Shown: piece after piece, positions 57,948 through 64,000 of the stretch
Position numbering within the stretch: position 1 is the first letter of the stretch
How the letters are laid out: every line of letters starts with the position of its first letter
Assembly (NCBI GenBank): GCA_012295275.1
Contig: CM022678.1
Span: 9,300,001-9,364,000 of the forward strand
Direction: 5' to 3'
Length of the DNA: 64,000 nucleotides
From: Chrysomallon squamiferum
Lineage: Eukaryota; Animalia; Mollusca
Notes under the pieces: model-generated
Seen by the model: the letters and a program-made list of their open reading frames with translations, nothing else
Databases searched by the model: none
What the model was told of the DNA's origin: nothing
Translations under genes and position numbers: made by a program

Positions 57948-58199
57948 AAAAAGAAAAGAAAAACAGAAAAAGTAGTAATAGCAATTTTCTACTAGCGGAT
58001 GGTAGCGGATATTTAAGGTTGTCTTTGTTATAAAGTTAAAAACGGATATCTATGAAACTGTTTTTCAGTAGATACATTTCTCTTCTGTATACTAGGCATA
58101 GATAATCTTAATAAAGTAATAATGTTTATATGTATATAATCTTTTTATTATTATTATTAAGATTGTGAAGTCTGTATATAGCAACTATAAACTAGAAAA

Positions 58200-58233
<34 letters not shown>

Positions 58234-58653
58234 GTAATTATAATAAGTAAATAAACTGCGGGTTTTGTATAACAAACATACAAAGTTTTAACATTTAAGA
58301 ATTGAGATAAAATAGCTATGGCGGTATTTGCTTAACAACCAAAGTTTTAAAATTTTAGAATTAAGATAATTAGCTATGGCGGGTTTTGTGTAACAAACAA
58401 ACAAAGTTTTAAAATGTGTCAGTCTAGGCTGGCTTCTCTTGCTCATTGAATTCGATGTTTTCATTGACATCTGCAGTAATCTAATAATTTGTAATCTTTG
58501 CACAGTCCGGTGGGCCCTTTTATGAAATAGAGCTTACTGAACCTCGAAATTCTGACCTTGTTTTGATAAGCGTTTGACAGCGGGTTAGGGTTAGATTTGT
58601 CCTGACGTGTTGAGAAATTTTGCAGTGTAATCTGTGTCATTAAAGGCGTATAT

Positions 58654-58711
<58 letters not shown>

Positions 58712-59096
58712 ATGTGCGTTAATGTGTCTGTATACAGTGTGTGTATGTGTATGTGTATGTGTGTTTGTGTGTGTGTGCAGTGTTTGTGTATGTTGTGTGT
58801 TTTGTGTGTGTGTTTGTATGTTTATGGGTGTGTAGGTGTGTAACTTAAAACATCTTCCTTTTCGCTCGAGTATTTTATTCATCGTGATTAATGATATATC
58901 TAGTTTATTACTGAAATTTTAAACAAATATAAATACATAATATAGTACTAATACTCTCTCTGACAGAAAAAATAATTTCTTTTATTCACTGAGATTTGTA
59001 AAACACTGATAAACACACGCACACACATACACATAAGACGACGGATACATTTTATTTACACAATGATTTAATTCGGAATACAATAATACAATACAG

Positions 59097-59174
<78 letters not shown>

Positions 59175-59394
59175 ACATAATTAGAAAGAAAAGAGATAAA
59201 GAAAGACTAAAAATAATAATAAATAGAATAAAATATATAACCGACGGCTTGGAAAATAAGATGAGTTTTTTAGACGTCATGGGTATTCATTTGAAGGTCA
59301 CTGTAAGTTCAAGTTGACGTCACAGTTATACAATGTACTGCAGTGTAATTTATTTATTTTGGTTCCGGTTTAATAAACTGATTTTATTTTATTT

Positions 59395-59480
<86 letters not shown>
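57690..59480 (+). repeat. Copy A of a diverged direct segmental duplication
   Basis: 57790-57865 matches 62175-62253, and 58918-59400 matches 62258-62890. Confidence 0.85.
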
Positions 59481-59484
<4 letters not shown>

Positions 59485-59547
59485 ATTATAAGATTAACTG
59501 CCTTTGCTGTTATAGGGAAATATGTTCACGAATAAAGAGCTACCAAA

Positions 59548-59633
<86 letters not shown>

Positions 59634-60158
59634 AATAAACACACACACACACACAATATAAAAAAAAAAGTTTCTTTCTTTCTTTTCTTAGGTGAATGGG
59701 TCTCTTTATATATATTTTAGGTTAGCATTTATAAAGACTGAGCGAGATAAGTATAAGTACATAAATTACATTCAGAAATATTAATATTTTTACATACAGT
59801 TGACTATTAGATCGGGAAATAAATTTGATTAAATTCATATTATAATATGTTAGATCGGGAAATTAGTTTAATACTGACATAAATTATGTTGAAACGTGAC
59901 CAATTGTACGTTTGTGTTGTATTTGTTTAATTGTAATGTATTTTATTTCTTTATTTAATAAGTCGATTTATCTACATCATTTTTCTATGTGGAGTATGTT
60001 CTCGTGAAGAAATCTGTCATTATAAAACACTCGTAACTTGTTTTATCGTTCACACCAGCAAACAAACAACATAGTAGGTTTCGCTTCAGTAAACAAATAA
60101 AATGTTATTTGAAAAACTTCAAATTAGGTTATGCGGTGAATGGAGACTTGAAAAGCTA

Positions 60159-60189
<31 letters not shown>

Positions 60190-60681
60190 GAAAGAAAGGT
60201 AGAAGCAGAAGAAGAAAAAATTCCTTTGTTCGTCAGTGAAACAAAATCTTATCTTTATGTCCTTACAGTGGCCATATTCAAGATATTTTTCTTTTACTTT
60301 TTTTAATTTTTTATTTTTTTCCCCCCCCAGACGCTCTTAACTGAAAAAAGTCGGATATTTCACTTTGTCATTTCGACCTTTTCTTTCCAGGGATAAAATA
60401 TGTGTGTATAAATTTTCCACAGTAAACAAAAGTTCGAAATATATATATATATATATAAAAACAAAACAAAACAAAACCTAATGCCTTTGTAACAAAAACC
60501 CAGAAAGTAACAGCAACGTGTTAAAATAAATTACGTTTATGTTTGTAAATTTATTGACGTAGCTGTAGATAAATAAAAATGCGAATCAGCTGCACATTAT
60601 CACCACGTTTCACATACTGATTAATATCGGGAAATCAATTTAATTATACTGTCAGAAAATAATAATTTTACTCAGTGAGAT

Positions 60682-60742
<61 letters not shown>

Positions 60743-60781
60743 ATATGCATGTGTATCTCAGAGAGAGAGAGAGATGTGTAT

Positions 60782-60862
<81 letters not shown>

Positions 60863-61289
60863 AGAGTTATAAAAATAATACAATTTTAATTACAATAATA
60901 CTTGTTTGCGTATATTTGTGATATTTTATTATTTTTATTCATATCTCTTGTGTGCACCTGAATGAATCTGATATATATAAACTAATTAATTAAATATATT
61001 ATAATATATAGTACATATTTCATTAATTGACTAATCTAAACATACTGTTTGTTTCTATGCGTGAAACAGAGAGGAGTTCTTAAGTGTTTGACAATGTCAG
61101 GTTCATTGGTTCATTGATTAAAAGTAAAATAACATCACAAATATAGAAATATGATTAAAAATAAAATAATTTAATAATTTTATCTTGTAAATATGGATAT
61201 ATATCTATATATGATTATATTATGTATATAATGTATGTAATTTGTATGTTCAGAAAAAGAAACAAAGGTAGCTAATATATAGAGGAAAA

Positions 61290-61330
<41 letters not shown>

Positions 61331-61749
61331 GCGTGCGTGACTAAAAACATGCCCTATCTTTGTGTCCTGTTTTTCATTGCTATTCATTATTTATATATCT
61401 TACAAAAAAAAAAGCATCGATTACCGCCTGTATATAACTATAGAAGTTTATACAAGTTCTATTTTGGGTGTAGAAGTGTATTATCTTTCTCTGATCTCCA
61501 ACAAACCTGTAAATCGGGTTTCACTTTATGACAAGATGAAAAAATTGTGACGGTTTTACTCAGAGACGCTATTCTCATTTTTACCTGAACAAAAGTCTAA
61601 GATTTCATTATGTCATTTTGACCTTTACTTTCCTCTCCTACTCTCATACATAGATTCACGTTACGTTATATTTAAGAAACAATATGTATATATATATATA
61701 TATATATATTATATTTATTTTTTAGTTTTAAATTATTATTTTTATTTCA

Positions 61750-61833
<84 letters not shown>

Positions 61834-62094
61834 CTTTTAAAGTAACAAATAAATAAATGTTCGATTCGACAAATTCAGTAGTTTGCTTAATTACAATAAT
61901 ACATCGTCGTGTAGACTTGAACGTTCACTGCGGATCCACTAAGTATTTCCACGTCACATCCAGTACCAGTGAAAACCATCGATGTTTTATCCTTGGACGT
62001 TTCTCTTTATAGCGGGTTTCCTCTCAAGACATTGCTCAAATAAAGTTGGCAGTTGTTAATAAGTTGTTAATAACCATATTTTGTACCAATTATA

Positions 62095-62112
62095 TACTAC
62101 TACTGCTACTAC

Positions 62113-62173
<61 letters not shown>

Positions 62174-62440
62174 GGCCACTCTGTAAACTAATTAAACTCA
62201 TTCTATATCACATATTAAGCTATGCATTATGAAGCAGCGAATAAACAGACAGGTAACTTTAAACAAATATAGATACATAATATAATACTAATACTAATAG
62301 TCTCTGAGAGAAATTAATAACTTTTAATCACTGACATTTGTTATAAATATACACACACACATACACTCACACTCACACACACACACAAGAGGACAGATAC
62401 ATTTTATTTATACAATGATTTATTCGGTACACAATGAACA

Positions 62441-62481
<41 letters not shown>

Positions 62482-62889
62482 CATACAAGATAATATTAGT
62501 GTATGATGAGAACGAGAGATAGAAAAAGAATGAAAGGAAGAACGGAGAAAACATGAAAAAGAAAATGTAAAAGAAAGAAAGAGAATATGAGATATGAAGT
62601 GACAGAATGAAAAAATATGAGAGATAGAAGCGGTAAAATGAAAAGAAACAAAAATAATTAGAAACAAAACAACGAAAGAATAAAAAAGCTAGAGAAAGAA
62701 TGAAAAATACTAAGAAATAAAATAAATTATATAACCGGCGGCTTGGAAAATAAGATGAGATTTTTGACGTCATGGGTATTCATTTGAAGGACACTGTAAG
62801 TTCAAGTTGACAGCACAGCTATACAATGTACTGCAGTGTAATAATGTCGCTAATTTATTTATTTTCGTCCCGGTTTACTAAACTCATTT

Positions 62890-62934
<45 letters not shown>
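62095..62934 (+). repeat. Copy B of the diverged direct duplication (lacks the equivalent of ~57870-58915)
   Basis: Same order of blocks and microsatellites as copy A. Confidence 0.85.
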
Positions 62935-63134
62935 NNNNNNNNNNNNNNNNNNNNNNNNNNNNNNNNNNNNNNNNNNNNNNNNNNNNNNNNNNNNNNNNNN
63001 NNNNNNNNNNNNNNNNNNNNNNNNNNNNNNNNNNNNNNNNNNNNNNNNNNNNNNNNNNNNNNNNNNNNNNNNNNNNNNNNNNNNNNNNNNNNNNNNNNNN
63101 NNNNNNNNNNNNNNNNNNNNNNNNNNNNNNNNNN
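62935..63134. other. Assembly gap (200 N)
   Basis: N run. Confidence 1.
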
Positions 63135-63140
63135 TTGGTA

Positions 63141-63164
63141 TACTTCGTTCAGTTACGTATTGCT
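63141..63164 (+). other. Untrimmed Oxford Nanopore ligation adapter (artefact)
   Basis: TACTTCGTTCAGTTACGTATTGCT matches the 3' 24 nt of the ONT adapter AATGTACTTCGTTCAGTTACGTATTGCT and sits at a contig start. Confidence 0.95.
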
Positions 63165-63254
63165 CATTTATTAGTTTTGACATCATTTCATAAACAGGAA
63201 ACATAAAATCCCTGAAAGACTAAGCATATGCCATGAGATATATATATATATATA

Positions 63255-63301
<47 letters not shown>

Positions 63302-64000
63302 TTTTTAACATTTGTATCTACAAAATGACTTTTTAAATAGTAAAACATCAGGCCCCGATCTCTTTTCATAATAAACTAAACTGAGTGAAGATTGTCTCGT
63401 ATAAGTTAAACATAAAAGTGGAAAAAGAAGAATTTTTACTCTATTTAATAAAAACTAAAAGCATACACCCTGTCCAAAACAAAGAAACTATGCTAACTGA
63501 ATAAATAGTCTTTTTTCACATAAGTATTGTTTACCATATTGAAAGATTTCAATGACATAAATTGTGATATCATTAATTTAAAATAACAAATTACATCTTT
63601 AAGTGAAATTCTAAATAAAAGCAGAATAGAAATTTACTTACTTTGAATTCTTCATCTGATAAGTTGGTGAACTGAAATAAAAATATACATTTGAGGCAGC
63701 TGTCCTAATGGGGAAACAAGTCTGGATATTGCTGACATTTTGCTAGTTAAGGAAAATGATGGATGCAACATGAACTGCTGAACTCAAAAGGTGTTTCCTA
63801 ATTTAACTAATGTCTGCACAGACTGAAATAAAAGAAACCTTGTCATGTTAATATAAAAAGTCATGTAACTAAAAAAAACTCTAACTTCATGTTACATGTA
63901 ATTATACATGTTTTAAATAATAAAACTAGGAAAAAAAAATAAAAATACACAAAACTGAAAAAAGGACTCATGTTACATGTAATTATACATGATTTAAATA
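63165..64000 (-). repeat. Near-identical inverted copy of ~40970-41847, including a copy of exon 41187-41367 at 63642-63822
   Basis: Reverse-complement match with few SNPs; it becomes noisy after ~63840 in the 67-bp repeat. Confidence 0.92.

Noticed and set aside
58582-58594. GGGTTAGGGTTAG telomere-like motif
   Set aside because: About two units only, which is expected by chance.

Overview
This is AT-rich, microsatellite-dense animal genomic DNA, probably from a mollusc or other lophotrochozoan (inference from the gene and TE families). It has two 200-N scaffold gaps. Most long ORFs in the track are simple-repeat artefacts. Recognisable content: (1) a spliced RING/coiled-coil/NHL TRIM-like gene with no B-box (4484-6442, -), carrying two single-base frameshifts and lying inside a ~9.7 kb inverted repeat that spans a gap; (2) a spliced CAMSAP/patronin pseudogene (17723-32971, -) that keeps CH and CKK exons, lacks the middle, and is interleaved with unassigned exons; (3) head-to-head with it, a + strand chain of decayed exons, KH-like and then EGF; (4) an antisense nSTAND3-type NTPase/ankyrin remnant; (5) Tx1-like LINE fragments, two copies of another LINE, and a piggyBac remnant; (6) many minisatellites, including a ~2.9 kb array of 54-bp units that arose in frame inside a LINE endonuclease coding sequence. 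An untrimmed Oxford Nanopore adapter follows the second gap, so both gap-adjacent inverted duplications and some single-base indels may be assembly artefacts. All family calls come from manual translation and motif recognition; no searches were run.
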